Shown here one piece after another: positions 37,685 to 50,602 of a DNA stretch of 64,000 nucleotides (position 1 is its first letter; every line of letters starts with the position of its first letter). The notes under the pieces were generated by a model. That model did no database searches. It was not told where the DNA came from and was given only the letters and a program-made list of their open reading frames with translations. Both the position numbers and the translations under genes were made by a program. The stretch comes from Squalus acanthias (taxonomy: Eukaryota): NCBI GenBank assembly GCA_030390025.1, contig CM059431.1, positions 116,314,001 to 116,378,000 of the forward strand, written 5' to 3'.

Positions 37685-40198
37685 TTCACCCTTGTGCAAT
37701 CCATTAGTGCCTCTCATTACTGTGCCTTTGCCTACTCTAGTGCTCCTATGAAGTATTGGCCCAATGGCTGCAGCAGGGCTGGTGGAAGGCTGCTGAGTGT
37801 CCGTGCGGGAGACTTCACATGGCCTTGCAGGATGCCCTCGACCAGTTCTGGGTCTGGAAGGCCTGGCTGTAGACTGCACCGCCTCAGCATGGGCGGCAGC
37901 AGTCTGGGCTGGCTGGATGACAGGCAGCGACAAGGGCAATGGCGGAGTGCCAGCTGTGGAAGCAGGAATGCTGTCATCCTGAGAGAGTGATACGTTGCAG
38001 TAAAGGATGCCCCAGAGCATGGTACATCGGCGAGACCATGCAGACACTGAGACAACGTATGAACGGACACCGCGCAACAATCGCCAGGCAGGAGGGTTGC
38101 CTCCCAGTCGGGGAACACTTCAGCAGTCAGGGGCATTCAGCCTCGGATCTGCGGGTAAGCGTTCTCCAAGGCGGCCTTCGGTATACACGACAGCGCAAAA
38201 TCATAGAGCAGAAACTGATAGCCAAGTTCCGCACTCATGAGGATGGCTTCAATCGGGATATCGGGTTCATGTCACGATACAGAACGTGACTTGACATCAT
38301 GGCCGGTCTTTCCAGGTTTTTAAAAAAAAAAAACTAACACAAGAACCAAACCCAAATGGAGAGGATATGCAGCCAGCAGGTGTTTTGACACGTTGGACCC
38401 CCTGGGACACATCTCATTGTCTTGGCTGTGCTCTTAGTGTGTCTTTGATGTAGGGAAAGATTTGAATACATTTTTTCTGTGTTTATATTGTGAATTCTGG
38501 GAGATTCTCTCACAGCTACCCTACCTGAAGAAGGAGCGACAGCTCCGAAAGCTTGTAATTTTAAATAAATCTGTTGAACTATAACCTGGTGTTGTGCGAC
38601 TTCTCATTTTTATCCTGAGAGAGGACAGCAGCTTCCTGCTCCACTGACCCACTGCCACTCCCCCGGGGCAGCACCTCAGCATCCCTAGCAATCTGTTGGA
38701 GCACAGATTGCTAGCCTGCTGCGACACCGTGAAAGCCCCGGCCGGTGGTAGACCCAGCCACGGTGGCAGCAGTCAGAGCTTGCGTGGCATCAAGCTGAGA
38801 CTGCATGAGAGCAGTGTGAGATTGAATGGTACCAACCATAGACTGCATTACAGCACTAAGATGTTGCGTCGCTTCCACCTGTGCGCCAATGGAAGCTGCC
38901 AGTTCGCCCATCACACGCGGCATCAGGTCTGGTTCGCCACGATCTCTCTGGGAGTCGACTATCCTTTCCAGACTGGAAATGATGGGCTCCATGTTGTGCA
39001 CAGAGCTTTGTGCAATGTTGGAGGCGGACTCCTCCAGGCTCCTTCCATTGCCGACAAGCTCTCGGGCACCCTTATTATTGCAGTTATGATCTCCACGTGC
39101 ATGTCCATCACCCTTCTTCTAAAGGCCTCCCCATCGAGGTCCTCATCTGAGTCCTGTGCTGCAGAACTCATGCGTAAACTCACTCTTCGGGGAGCTGGCC
39201 CCCGAGCTACCCTTTCCCCCTGGCCTTGCTGCAGCCCGCTCGTCCCCAGTTCATCACCTTGTGCAGATCCTGCTACTACACTAGCCTCTAAAGAAGGCGT
39301 CGTGCCAGTACCTGAGCTGGTGCCTGCGGGTGAGAGATGCAGTGACGCGGTGTTTCTTCCTCCTACTCCACTCCCACCTCACTCTCTATGGTGCCCTCAG
39401 GGACAGGCTGCTCAGGTGAAAGCATAAAGGAGTCAGGTTAAGGTGAGGGGAGGGGGGCAGGAAGGGAGAAATGCATGCATACAGCATGATTAGCTGGAAA
39501 GTGCGAAAAGCTTGTGGGGTGACGGGGAAGTGGGATGTGAGAAGAAGGAGTAGGGATGAACATACCGTTGTTGTCTCCAAGGAGGTCAACGTCGCCGGTG
39601 GCCACGGCGCCCACCACCTGGTGCCCAATAATCTGCAGCACTCGATTCTCCAGCGCAGACAGTGGTTGGGTGTCGGCTTGTCCCCCGCCTGTGCGCTCCT
39701 GCTCCCTCCTGTTTTGAGCCACCTTGGCCTGCAAGAGAAAGGAAAGTGTGTGCATGAGTGTGGAGCAATGTGTTTGGGTGATGTGCCTGCCATAGTTGAA
39801 TAGTTGTTATTGTGTGCAAGGTGTGAGATGTGGGTGTGAGTGTTGGTAGGTGGAGATTGTTGGTGGGTGAGTGCAGGGGGTGTGGTGCTTTGGCCACTGT
39901 GTGCAGACTGTGGTGCAGACGGTGGTATGTAGCACTTGTTGAGGCATTGACTCACCCTGACCACCCGAGTGAGGTCGTTAAATTTCTTCCTGCACTGTGT
40001 GGGGGCCCTGGGGACCACAGTGCTGCCCGAGACCTGCTGGGCGACCTCCCTCCACATGGCGTGGAAGACTTGCGGCGAGGGCCTCCTGCCACTTGCTGGG
40101 TACAGCACCGCCCTCCGTCTCTCCACAGCGAAGACCAACGCCTCCAATGCTTGGTCCGAAAATCTGCGGGCTCTCTCCCTTGGGCGTGGATCTGCCAT
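37685..40198 (-). pseudogene. Harbinger Myb/SANT-like DNA-binding partner gene, 3 exons
   Basis: Exon 1 40198-39956 (MADPRPRERARRFSDQALEAL..W..VA..QCRKKFNDL, GTGAG donor). Exon 2 39728-39566 (TTGCAG acceptor, TGGG motif, GTATGT donor). Exon 3 from ~39410 is damaged and split by Penelope. Confidence 0.82.
37988..38611 (+). mobile_element. Penelope-like element, short 3' fragment
   Basis: GIY-YIG end (WYIGET..GFMSRYRT*) plus terminal repeat. TSD ATCCTGAGAGAG at 37976-37987 / 38612-38623. Confidence 0.93.
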
Positions 40199-40616
40199 AA
40201 GTAAAGTTGGTTGAGTCGTCCAGCCCCTTGGACTTGGCCTGCTCCTGCTTGCTGACACAGGTTCACAGGCAGCAATGCTGAGAATGAGGTTCTGCAGCAT
40301 CAAGGAACCTTCCCTTTAAGCACTGGAAAGAGCCTGTGGCAATGATGACTTGCGATTGGACTGCACCTGATATTGGTCAGTGCTTTGAGTGTAACGCCAC
40401 TGAGCTAGGGCGTTAGCGCTTGATTCAGCGCTCCCATCCTTTCTTTGAACGATGACACTGAATTTTGCGTGCAGCAACATTCATTAGTGCCTGGCGCTAA
40501 ATCTCAAACTTTCCCAAAGTTACCGCCCACTCCTGGGCAATAATGAATTTCTCCCCCAGTGTCTTTTGTTCCTTTAATCTCTTGAGCATTACAATTGACT
40601 GCAGTTATATTAGTAA

Positions 40617-43600
40617 AAATGAGAAGTCGCACAACACCAGGTTATAGTCCAACAGATTTATTTAAAATTACAAGCTTTCGGAGCTATCCTGCCCCTTCTT
40701 CAGGTAGAGTTACTGTGAGACAATCTACCAGAATTCACAGAATATAAACACAGAGAAAATGCAGAGATTCAATCTTTCCCTACATCAAAGACACACTAAG
40801 AGCACAGCCAAGACAATGAGATGTGTCCCAGGGGGTCCAACGTGACAAAACACCTGCTGGCTGCATATCCTCTCCATTTGGGTTTCTTTCTTGTGTTTGT
40901 TTCTTGTGTTTGTTTTTTTAAAAAGCTGGAAAGACCGACAACGATGTCAAGTCACGTTCTGTAGCGTGACATGAACCCGATATCCCGATTGAGGCCGTCC
41001 TCATGAGTGCGGAACTTGGCTATCAGTTTCTGCTCGATAATTTTGCGTTGTCGTGTATCCCGAAGGCCGCCTTGGAGAACGCTAACCCGCAGATCCGAGG
41101 CTGAATGCTCTTGACTGCTGAAGTGTTCCCCGACTGGGAGGCAACCCTCCTGCCTGGCGATTGTTGCGCGGTGTCCGTTCATACGTTGTCTCAGTGTCTG
41201 CATGGTCTCGCCGATGTACCATGCTCTGGGGCATCCTTTACTGCAACGTATCAGGTAGACAACGTTGGCCGAGTCACATGAGTATGTACCATGTACCTGG
41301 TGGGTAGTGTCCTCACGTGTGATGATGGTATCTGTGTCCATGATCTGGCATGTATTGCAGAGGTTGCCGTGGCAGGGTTGTGTGGTGTCGTGGTCACTGT
41401 TCTCCTGACAGCTGGGTAATTTGCTGCGAACGATGGTACTTTTGAGGTTAGGCGGCTGCTTGAAGGCGAGTAGTGGAGGCGTGGGGATGGCCTTAGCAAG
41501 GTGTTCGTCGTCATCGATGACATGTTGAAGGCTGCGAAGAACATGGCGTAGTTTCTCTGCTCCGGGGAAGTACTGGATGACGTAGGGTACCCTGTTGGTT
41601 GTGTCCCGTGTTTGTCTTCTAAGAAGGTCTATGCGGTTTGTCGCTGTGGCCCGTCGGATCTGTCGATCGACGAGTCGAGCGTCATATCCGTTCTTGCGAG
41701 GGCGTCTTTCAGTGTCCGTAGGTGTCCATCGCGTTCCTCCTCGTCTGAGCAGATCCTGTGTATTCGCAGGGCTTGTCCATAGGGGATGGCTTCTTTAACG
41801 TGGTTAGGGTGGAAGCTAGAGAAGTGGAGCATCGTGAGGTTGTCCGTGGGCTTGCGGTAGAGTGAAGTGCTGAGGCGTCAGTCTTTGATGGAGATTCGTG
41901 TGTCCAAGAATGAAACCGATTCTGAGGAGTAGTCCATGGTGAGTTTGATGGTGGGATGGAACCTGTTGATGCTATCATGCAGTCCTTTCAGTGATCCTTC
42001 GCCGTAGGTCCAAAGGAAGAAGATGTCGTCGATGTATCTGGTGTACAGCGTTGGTTGGAGGTCCTGTGCAGCGAAGAAGTCTTGCTCGAACTTGTGCATG
42101 AAGATGTTGGCGTATTGGGGTGCGAATTTGGTCCCCATGGCTGTTCCGTGTGTTTGGGTAAAAAACTGGTTGTCGAAGGTGAAGACATTGTGGTCAAGGA
42201 TGAAGCGGATGAGTTGTAGGATGGCGTCTGGAGATTGGCTGTTGTTGGTGTTGAGTACTGAGGCTGTCGCAGCGATGCCGTCATTGTGGGGGATATTGGT
42301 GTAGAGTGCTGATACGTCCATCGTGGCGAGGAGTGTTCCTGGTTCAACTGGTCCATGGGTGCTGAGTTTCTGCAAGAAGTCTGTAGTGTCGCGACAGAAG
42401 CTGGGGGTTCCCTGTACGATGGGTTTCAGGATGCCCTCGACGTACCCAGAGAGGTTCTCACACAGGGTTCCGTTGCCTGATACGATAGGACGTCCGGGTG
42501 TGTTGGCTTTGTGTATCTTTGGGAGGCAGTAAAAGTCTCCTACGTGGGGAGTACTGTAGAATTCGCAAAATTATCGCGATTTTATAAAAATAAGAAGGAG
42601 ACATAAAGTTTCGTATTAACAGCTTTATTTCAGCAGAATGCTGTCAGGTTTCAAAACGGACACAAACAGCCTGTAAAATGGCCGCCACGCCTCGTGGCAG
42701 AAAGTTCTAGACTTTCAGTAGGCAGACAAGATGGCGTTTCAATAAACATTTCAGCAAGATCGAACAGGACTCAGCACATTTGAGTTAATGGCAAGACATG
42801 ATGGGTTTGCATTTTAAACATAAATACTGGAATTGGTCTCCCAGGCGCAAACAAGGGCTATTGTACTGAGCGATCAAGGACCCATCCAAAGACATTAATA
42901 TGCAAAATCCCCATGGCTCTACGATGAGAGAGCCGTTCGCGGCTACTCACAGCAAGCATTTGGAAGCCCCAAAACCCCTCCAGGGAGACTACTAGCCGGT
43001 TCCACAATGGGAGAAATATTAACGGGTACTCAGACAGTTACAAGTGTCACCGAAACCCATTAAAGACTGAGATCACCCCATACAAGAAGTTTGAGCGCCA
43101 AAACCCTGACAAAAGATAGACATTAAGATTGGGCGGGAAAAGAGGAATTACAGCACTATAACTGTAAAGTACAACCGTCCATCTCTCTCTTGCTGCTTTG
43201 ACTCGCTGGAAGGCTGCTGAACTTTTATTCTCTTGCCTGACGACTCTGGACTCTGATCCGCTAGGATCAACCTCGTGGCTTGCCGCGAAGATCTGTGGAG
43301 AACTGGGCTGTGAGGCCTGGAGGCAGGCGCACCATCCCGAGGAGTCGGTAAACGGTGTTGGAACCGAAGGCCCGAGAGGAGATGAGATGAGATGAGATGA
43401 GAAGAAGACTACACGTGTCGCCGCGGTTAGTAAGCCCCGACCTCGCCTAAAAATATAAGGACCATTTTCGAATTCTATCGGCTACTCCACAACTGGCCCA
43501 GGAAGACTGTTTTTCGAATTTTACAGGCAACCGGCGTGAGGGCACAGGAAGACTCTTCTTTGAGGGGTGTCCGAACTCTGAAAACCAGCACAGATCTTCA

Positions 43601-44246
43601 TGGCCGCAGGCGGTCCAGCCTACTAGCCGGAGCAGAAACGAGTAAACAAGTGAGGCGCAGAGACCCTTGACCAACACGTGAGTGGTCAGGTGCGGTGGCG
43701 AAAGCATCAGAACATCGATTTAGAATCCTCCGAATTGTCCCGAGTAGTGAGCATGAGTCTCGATCCTACAAATCTAGATTAGGACAGGTATTGATAGGGG
43801 AGGGTTTAAGTTTTAAGGATAATTATAATGTGTGTCCCCTTTTACGATGTGTCGTGCGCTCCTCGTTTCCCTAAAATTAGTTTCATAACTGTGTGTAAGA
43901 TTGTACTGTCATTAATCTGTGCTTATGACATGTATCTCGTAATCTTGAATAATATGCAATAAAGATTTTCCATTTCGCACTATTCAACCGGGTCTACCTG
44001 AGTTTTCTCTGCATTATTGCTCTCGCACCTAAGTCCAGTGTCAGAACCGTAAGGGCGAGTGGGTCGAACCACTCACAGGTATCTAGTGTTACCAGGCTGG
44101 CTGGAGACCAGAACAGGCAACAAGGCCTAACCCCGCACTAGCACCCAGGCTAAGCACAGAGCCACACGTCACCCCTTACAGTACATGGGATGAGAGCGCG
44201 TAGGATGTTTTGAAGGTCTGGATCGAAGGTCTTGATCAGTCTATTG
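40617..44246 (-). mobile_element. Penelope-like element, 5'-truncated, frameshifted, interrupted by a solo LTR
   Basis: RT/EN ORF pieces 40952-42554. The frame LNRLIKTFDPDLQNILRALIPC|TPHVGDFYCLPKIHK..PGRPIVS joins across the LTR. TSD AGTTATATTAGTAA at 40603-40616 / 44247-44260. Confidence 0.93.
42555..44180 (+). mobile_element. Solo LTR (~1.63 kb), 4-bp TSD
   Basis: TGTA...TACA termini flanked by GTAC (42551-42554 / 44181-44184). TATA-like motif at ~43156, AATAAA at ~43958 and an internal (GATGA)n at ~43380-43400. Confidence 0.92.
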
Positions 44247-45827
44247 AGTTATATTAGTAAGCAGTCTCTGGTGACTATAAGTTATATATTTAGGTATACA
44301 TCTGCATGTCTCTTATATGTATGTAAATAAATATTGATATTCACGCAGATCATATCAAAGTGCATACTGTAATAATAAATTGTCTACAGTATTTTAATAT
44401 TGTGCTTACCACACCAGCTGGACTACTGCTGCAGTTGCATCATAAATCTTTTTTAGGAAACATTTGCATCAAAATATCTTGTGTTGCCTTTCAGCTAATT
44501 TAAAGTCTTGCAAATTAGATAGATTCCTAAACTTGTGCAATTTGAGTACAGATCTTTAACTCATGTAAACTGAATGCCTTTACTGTTTAATCTTTAAAGA
44601 GATTTTTTGAATTAGAAATTGCCTGCTCTGAGCAAGAGCACACAACTAACACTCTGTGAATTGTGGAGTTGTCTGTGATCGCACTGAGGTAATGCATGGA
44701 ACATTAATATAGAAACCAAAATTTCGTAAATGTAGAATAACCTTTTAGATTTTCTAATTCCACAGAAAGTCTTATTGGAAATGGAGCTCAAAATTGTGAT
44801 ATGACTTTTGCTATTTTCGACATACTTCAGCACAGCAGAATAAATGAAAAGGAGCATATCAACAATGCAACTGTTAGCTACCACTTTTTGCCAGACACAA
44901 GGGGCTGTCTTTGGCATCACTATCTACCTATACCAGATTTTGCGTGCGGTAGTATTAGCATTAGTACCACTCTCTACCTCAAGATAGTGGCACTGGAATC
45001 ACAATTGCTATCTAAGCTGAAGCTGGGGCATAGATCCAGATTGATAAATTGTAGAAGACGTAACTTGCAGATCTCAGTAAAGGAGTTTTAAAAAATAAGG
45101 CCTACAAAGTCGGCCGTTAACTGGCCTATTAAGCCTCTAAAATGGCGGGCAGGTCATGCGCACACATTTCCGGTTGGAAGTGCCCCACCCGCCATATTGG
45201 GAAAGGAAAAATTGCTGTTGTGCAGTGCCCAGGCCTGAAACAGGCGTTAGACACATTGCAAATAAAGGGCCTAACACCAGTTTGAGGCCCCCCACTGCAA
45301 GACTGGTTTGTCCTGAGGCAGTGCCGGCTGCATTCAGTAAAACCAGATCTTGAGACATCCTGCTACCAGAAAGGTAACTTTTTGAAATGTACTTACCTGA
45401 ATGTGGAGCCCAGATTTAAAGAACGTAGGCCGTTCCCCACACCCCCTCGATTGCCGCCACTCCCGCCGACCCTGTGTCTGATCCCCCTCCCAACCCGGCC
45501 TCTGGTCCCCCCTCCTGGGATTCGCTTACACCTGAGGGTCACTGCAACGCTAGCAGTGGCCCGATCGTGGCTGACTCTTCGCCAGCAGGCTGCCAGGCCA
45601 CACCGACTCCATTGGAATAAGGCCCGAGAATTCAAATAGATGGAAGATTGGATGCGTGGAACATCCCAGGAGCCCTGCAAGCCCTCTGCAGTCCTTCATT
45701 CACCCAAGTTAAAAATGAAGCAACAATGCAAATAAATAAATCACAAGACTTATTTATAACAAAAATTCAAGTCCCAAAGGGTCTTTGGCCATAATAACTA
45801 TTTGAAAATTAATCACATGAGTGTAAA

Positions 45828-46282
45828 GAAAGAAAGAAATAAAGACTTGCATTTATATAGCACCTTTCACGACCTCAGGGTATCCTACAGCATTTACAGC
45901 CAATGAAGCACTTTTAAATGTAGTCACTGTTGCAATGTAGGAAACGTGGCAGCTAATTTGCACACAGCAAGATCCCACAAACAGCAATGAGATAATGAAC
46001 AGATAATCTGTTTTTAGATGTCGGTTGAGAGTTAAATATTGGCCAGGACACCAGGGAGAACTCCCCTGTTCATCTTCGAAATAGTGCCATGGAATCTTTT
46101 ACGTCCACCTGAACAGGCACACGGGGCCTCATTTATTGTCTCATCTGAAAGGCAGCACCTCCGACAGTGCAGCGTTCCCTCAGTATTGTACTGGAGTGTC
46201 AGTGGTAGTTTTTTGTACTCAAGCCTCTGGAGTGGGACTTGAACCCACAACCAGCAAGAGTACTATTGCTAAGCCACGGCTA
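45828..46282 (-). mobile_element. DeuSINE (SacSINE1-like), near full length
   Basis: Minus-strand tRNA-like head (GTGGGTTCAAGTCCCAC), Deu-like core (GGTGCTGCCTTTCAGATGAGAC..GGGGAGTTCTCCCTGGTGTCCTGGCCAATATT) and an L2-type tail ending (TTTC)n. Confidence 0.8.
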
Positions 46283-47129
46283 GTGTAAACCAAAATTAAT
46301 ACCACATTTCAAAACCCCCCCCCCGTAAAACTTATCTTTAAGATGGGAAATGCCACAGGACCAAATAATCAAAATATGATATAAATGCAACTAACGTCAA
46401 CATTCCTCAGCATTATTCTCATCAAATCCTTTCCTGTTACCCCATCAGCGTGTCTAAAACATCAAATAATCCTAAGAACTTAAACCAATTTAAAATTCCT
46501 TATGCATTTATAAATGCAGAAATTTAGCAATAGCAATATTATAAGTGACAGCAGGACTTATGAAAAAAAATAAAACTGCTCATTTTTATGTATGTGTATG
46601 CAATGCATTCTAACCAATAAAACCTAGAAAAATAATATATATTGTGTTTATTTATAGAGGTTTGTTATAGAATTGTGCTTCACCCAGAATTTATTAAAGC
46701 CACAACAATCAAAATTTAAACTTTGGATTTTATCTGTATCTTTCAATTTTTTAATATTAGCCATTCCAATTCACATATATCTAAGTGCACTCTCCCTCCC
46801 GCACTCGTGCACTACACGCCTTTGTACTATTTCCTATTTGGTAAGTTTAGCTTTTTTTCATTTAGTATTGTGCAGATACTTAATTCCTTTCTAATATCCC
46901 TTCATATAGCTAATGTAACATATAGCAATGGGGGTTCCTTATTAACTGCAAAATAATTGCTAAAGTCTGGTGACTGTAAAAAACTAAACATAGTTTAGCT
47001 TGATGTAATAACAGTGGGATGTTTCTCCGTATTTCCCTTTGAGTCAATGCGATGAAAAAGGCTTTCAAAATTCCTAATTATGATGTATGGTTCTCTCGCC
47101 TAAAAATGGAAAAAGCCATACTGGTACAG

Positions 47130-47620
47130 TAGGGGTTGCTTTTCTGACATTGGGGGTTAAGATACATTGACCTAGATTTTGGGTTGTGATGCCATCGGTA
47201 GCTCATTTATTCCAGGCGGTTCTTCTTTTCCTAGGGAGCAGTGAGCCTCTGGAATACATTGTCGGCTTGTGTGGTGGGTGCTGACTCTCTACATGACTTC
47301 AGGAGGGAGCTGGACCATTTCTTGACTGGGGCAGCGATTGCATCATATAGATGGTAAGTGGCTGATCAGATAATACATGATCTATGTGATCTCCTTGACT
47401 GGTTTCGATCCCCTGAGGGGGTCAGAGATGAATTTTCCAGAGTTTTTTCCCCCCTTTTTGGCTCAGTTTTCTCTGGTCTTTTGCCTCTCCCAGGAGATTA
47501 TACGGCTGTGTGGGGGGGGGGGGGGGAAGAGTATACAAAATATCTAGTCATCATCAGTATGGGTCAGGTTTGTTGGACCAGCTGGTCTTTACCTGTCCGT
47601 CAATGTCGTATGTTCATATG
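47130..47620 (+). mobile_element. Degraded CR1-type LINE 3' end
   Basis: Residual FFFS.RAVSLWNTL and FRRELDHFL motifs followed by a 3' UTR. Confidence 0.6.
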
Positions 47621-48010
47621 TCATGATCGGAAATCCAAAGCCAGGATTTACCAGGAGGTACAGGGAACATTACTCTATATCTAACTGTGTTATACCTGAC
47701 CTGGGAGATCTTGAGCCTAACCCTAGTGCCCAAAAAAAGAAAAGCACTCCATTCACCAGCCTTGACATTCCCCACCTTGATGAGTTAGAAAAAAGAGTAA
47801 ACAGAAAATACCTCTGTAGAAAATGTTTAAATGTCAATTGTAAGAGGCATCTATAGTGTCAACGAAAATGTAAAAAAGAAAAAAAGACATATGCTAATTT
47901 CAGATTGTGAGCAAGAACTCAGGAATGCATGGTATTCATATTTCAAACAAAAGTTGTCTTTTTTTTAAAGAACATAGTTTGAAATTTTAATGAAAACAAT
48001 ATGTGTACTT

Positions 48011-48773
48011 GGCCCTGAATTTCCGATCGGAGGCTTTCTGCGTGCGGATACCTCCGATCGGAAAAAATCTATGCACTTACCTGCTGGCTCCGTAGGTCCT
48101 GAGACTTCCAATCCTGGGCCTCTGCTCTATTAAATGCACAGAGGCCCAGATATCCCAGGGGCACAGGCAAGCACCCATGGGATCACGTGGGCCATGGGGA
48201 CCCAATCAAAGAAGGGAAATCCCCTTCACACTTTTGAAAGGTCTCTACGCACAGATCTGTCAAAAGTATGAATGGGGATCACTCAAAAAACACAGTTAAA
48301 CATTAAATCAATTTTTTAAAAACATCACATATTTAAAATTAGTTAAAATTACATTAAATTAAATATTTTAAACAAAAATTTAATTTTTTGAAAAAAGTAA
48401 TTAAAGTTTTTTACAGGGCTAAAAATAAACTTACCTTTTTTAATAGTATTTTTAAACTATAAATGAGCAAAAAAAAATTTATTTTTATTTTTTATATCTC
48501 TTAGGCTGGTAAAAGCAGGCCTTATGCATACTTTTACCAGGCGTAAGATTTTTAAAGGTTTTCAGCGGGCGGAAGTTGTGCAGAAAGTGGAACTCTCTGC
48601 CCATGGAAGCCCATCTCCCGGGCAGGCGGATGATTTGTCAAAAGGATTCTTGACAGATTGCAAGTGCCGGGTTTTAGCGCATGCACGTTCCATGCTTGAA
48701 ACCGGCACTTGCGAGGCCCCTACGGGTGCGTACACACCTCGTACACACCCATGGGGGTCGGAAAATACGGCCC
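48011..48773. mobile_element. Harbinger-type MITE
   Basis: Imperfect TIRs GGCCCTGAATTTCCGA / TCGGAAAATACGGCCC around an AT-rich core. Confidence 0.7.
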
Positions 48774-49051
48774 AATATATGATTAGCAAGTGATTTGGTA
48801 ACGTGCCTGAAATTTAGGTCAACAATTCCTCTGTAGGGTTTTAAGAGCACAGTGTCTCAGATATTGACTTTCTATGCTCAGCCCCTGCCATCTGCAGAAT
48901 ATGTAATACTCCCTAACACGTCAAAACCCTTGCTGCCAATCACTGTCTTGACAGCCGTCGCGTTTTTCTGAAGGATCAATTAAACACTAAAATTAAATAA
49001 AATCTGGGCAAGAGAGAAAGCAAGTCATTGTATATAACTGGGGTTGAGCAA

Positions 49052-49318
49052 TCAAATAGGGAATTCAGAAGAAACTTCTTTACCCAGAGAGTGGTAAGAA
49101 TGGAACTCGCTACCACAGGGAGTGGCTGAAGTGAATAGTATAGATGCATTTAAGCGGCTGTTAGATAAACATATGAGGGAGAAGGGAATGGAGGGTAATG
49201 CTGATAGATTTAGATGAGGAAAGAGGGCTGGAGGCTCGAGTGGAGCATAAACGCCAGCATGGACTGGCTGGGCCGAATGGCCTGTTTCTGTGCTGTATAT
49301 CCTATGTAATCCTATGTA
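49052..49318 (+). mobile_element. CR1 LINE 3' fragment
   Basis: FRRNFFTQRVV motif and a (CTATGTAAT)-type tail. Confidence 0.8.
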
Positions 49319-50324
49319 AAAAACTGGTCTCACTTTGCATATATAAAATCGGCATTTCCTCTAACTGAGTTTTATTAGAACACAGCTCCTGTTGCTCAAA
49401 CGTTTTTGGCTGGATGGAAGTTGTGACTGAGATCTAGTGGTGGGAGCATATTATCATTCACTTTATCAAGGCAATCTTTGACTTCCCATTGATGAAGATG
49501 TTGCATGGAAGAAGGAAGGGCTCATCTTTGGTTTTGAAGCTTCAAAATTCAGGCATTCATACAAGTGAATCCGACCTCAATGTTCAGATGTTAAATCAGC
49601 TGGATATTGCTCAAAATGGTTCTTTGGTACAGATGAAGCACTTTTATAATTTTACAGAACGGTTTCACTGGTGCTAATTAACATGGGTAAAAATTGCCAG
49701 AATCTCGGCTGGATGAGAGGGCCAAAAAAAACCATGGAGGTGATTGCTACCCTCCTATGCAGGCTACTAGGTATCATATGCGCACATCAGTACTGCTACG
49801 CTAAATCATCAGGGCTGGATTGGATGCCCTTCCACCAGAAAGCTAGCACGAGACTCAGTGGGTCTGATGCATACTCTTTCATGAGATGAACATTTTACTT
49901 GTTCCATTATTAGATCTTCAGTCTGGGCATTTTTATTCTATTTAACATTTTTTTTGCAATAATCGGGCTTTGATACTGTTGCTGCAGCTGGCAGCACTCA
50001 TTTACTTGGCACTCAGAATTATGCCAGGGCAATCTGCATTAGGATACACAAAACTGGCAGTGCATTTTCCACAAAGGGGCTTGCTATATGTCGCCAAGCA
50101 AGTGATATCCTCTTAAAGGAACAAACTGCTCCAAATGGTCTAAATTGAGTGAAATTCGAGTGTCCCAACGAAAGCTGAAGTTGCACAATGTAAACCAAAC
50201 TGATTTTTAATTGTGCTGTTAACAACAGCAGTGTAGTAATTCAATACTACTCGAATGAAGTTCAACAACCCATTACATTATAGTATATATGAATGAGTGT
50301 AAGGGAGCCAGCATTATCTATGGC

Positions 50325-50602
50325 GGTGATTGAGGTACATGTTGCTGAAAAGAATCAGAGGGGACATTTTTTTTTACGCAGCGAGTTATGATCTGGAATC
50401 CACTGTCTGAAAGGGTGGTGGAAACAAGCTCAATAGTAACTTTCAAAAGGGAATTGGATATATACTTGAAAAGGAAACATTTGCAGGGCTATGGGGAAAG
50501 AGCAGGGGAGTGGGACTAATTGGATAGCTTTTTCAAAGAGCTGGCACAGGCACGATGGGCTGAATGGCTCCCTTCTGTGCTGTGTCATTCTACGATTCCA
50601 TG
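50325..50602 (+). mobile_element. CR1 LINE 3' fragment
   Basis: FFTQRV..IWN..FKRELD.YL..GYGERAGEWD; same family as 22124-22754. Confidence 0.8.

Larger units (their letters stand above)
35811..40557. mobile_element. Complete two-gene PIF/Harbinger transposon (H1) with nested Penelope
   Basis: TIRs GGGGGAGAAATTC / GAATTTCTCCCCC with AGT on both flanks. Contains a convergent transposase (+) and a spliced Myb/SANT gene (-). Confidence 0.93.

Noticed and set aside
38696..39427. 243-aa plus-strand ORF
   Set aside because: Antisense shadow of the GC-rich Harbinger Myb-partner exon 3.
44766..45091. Possible host exon after TTCTAATTCCACAG (ESLIGNGAQNCDMTF...)
   Set aside because: No recognisable protein similarity, no convincing donor and no partner exons in the window.
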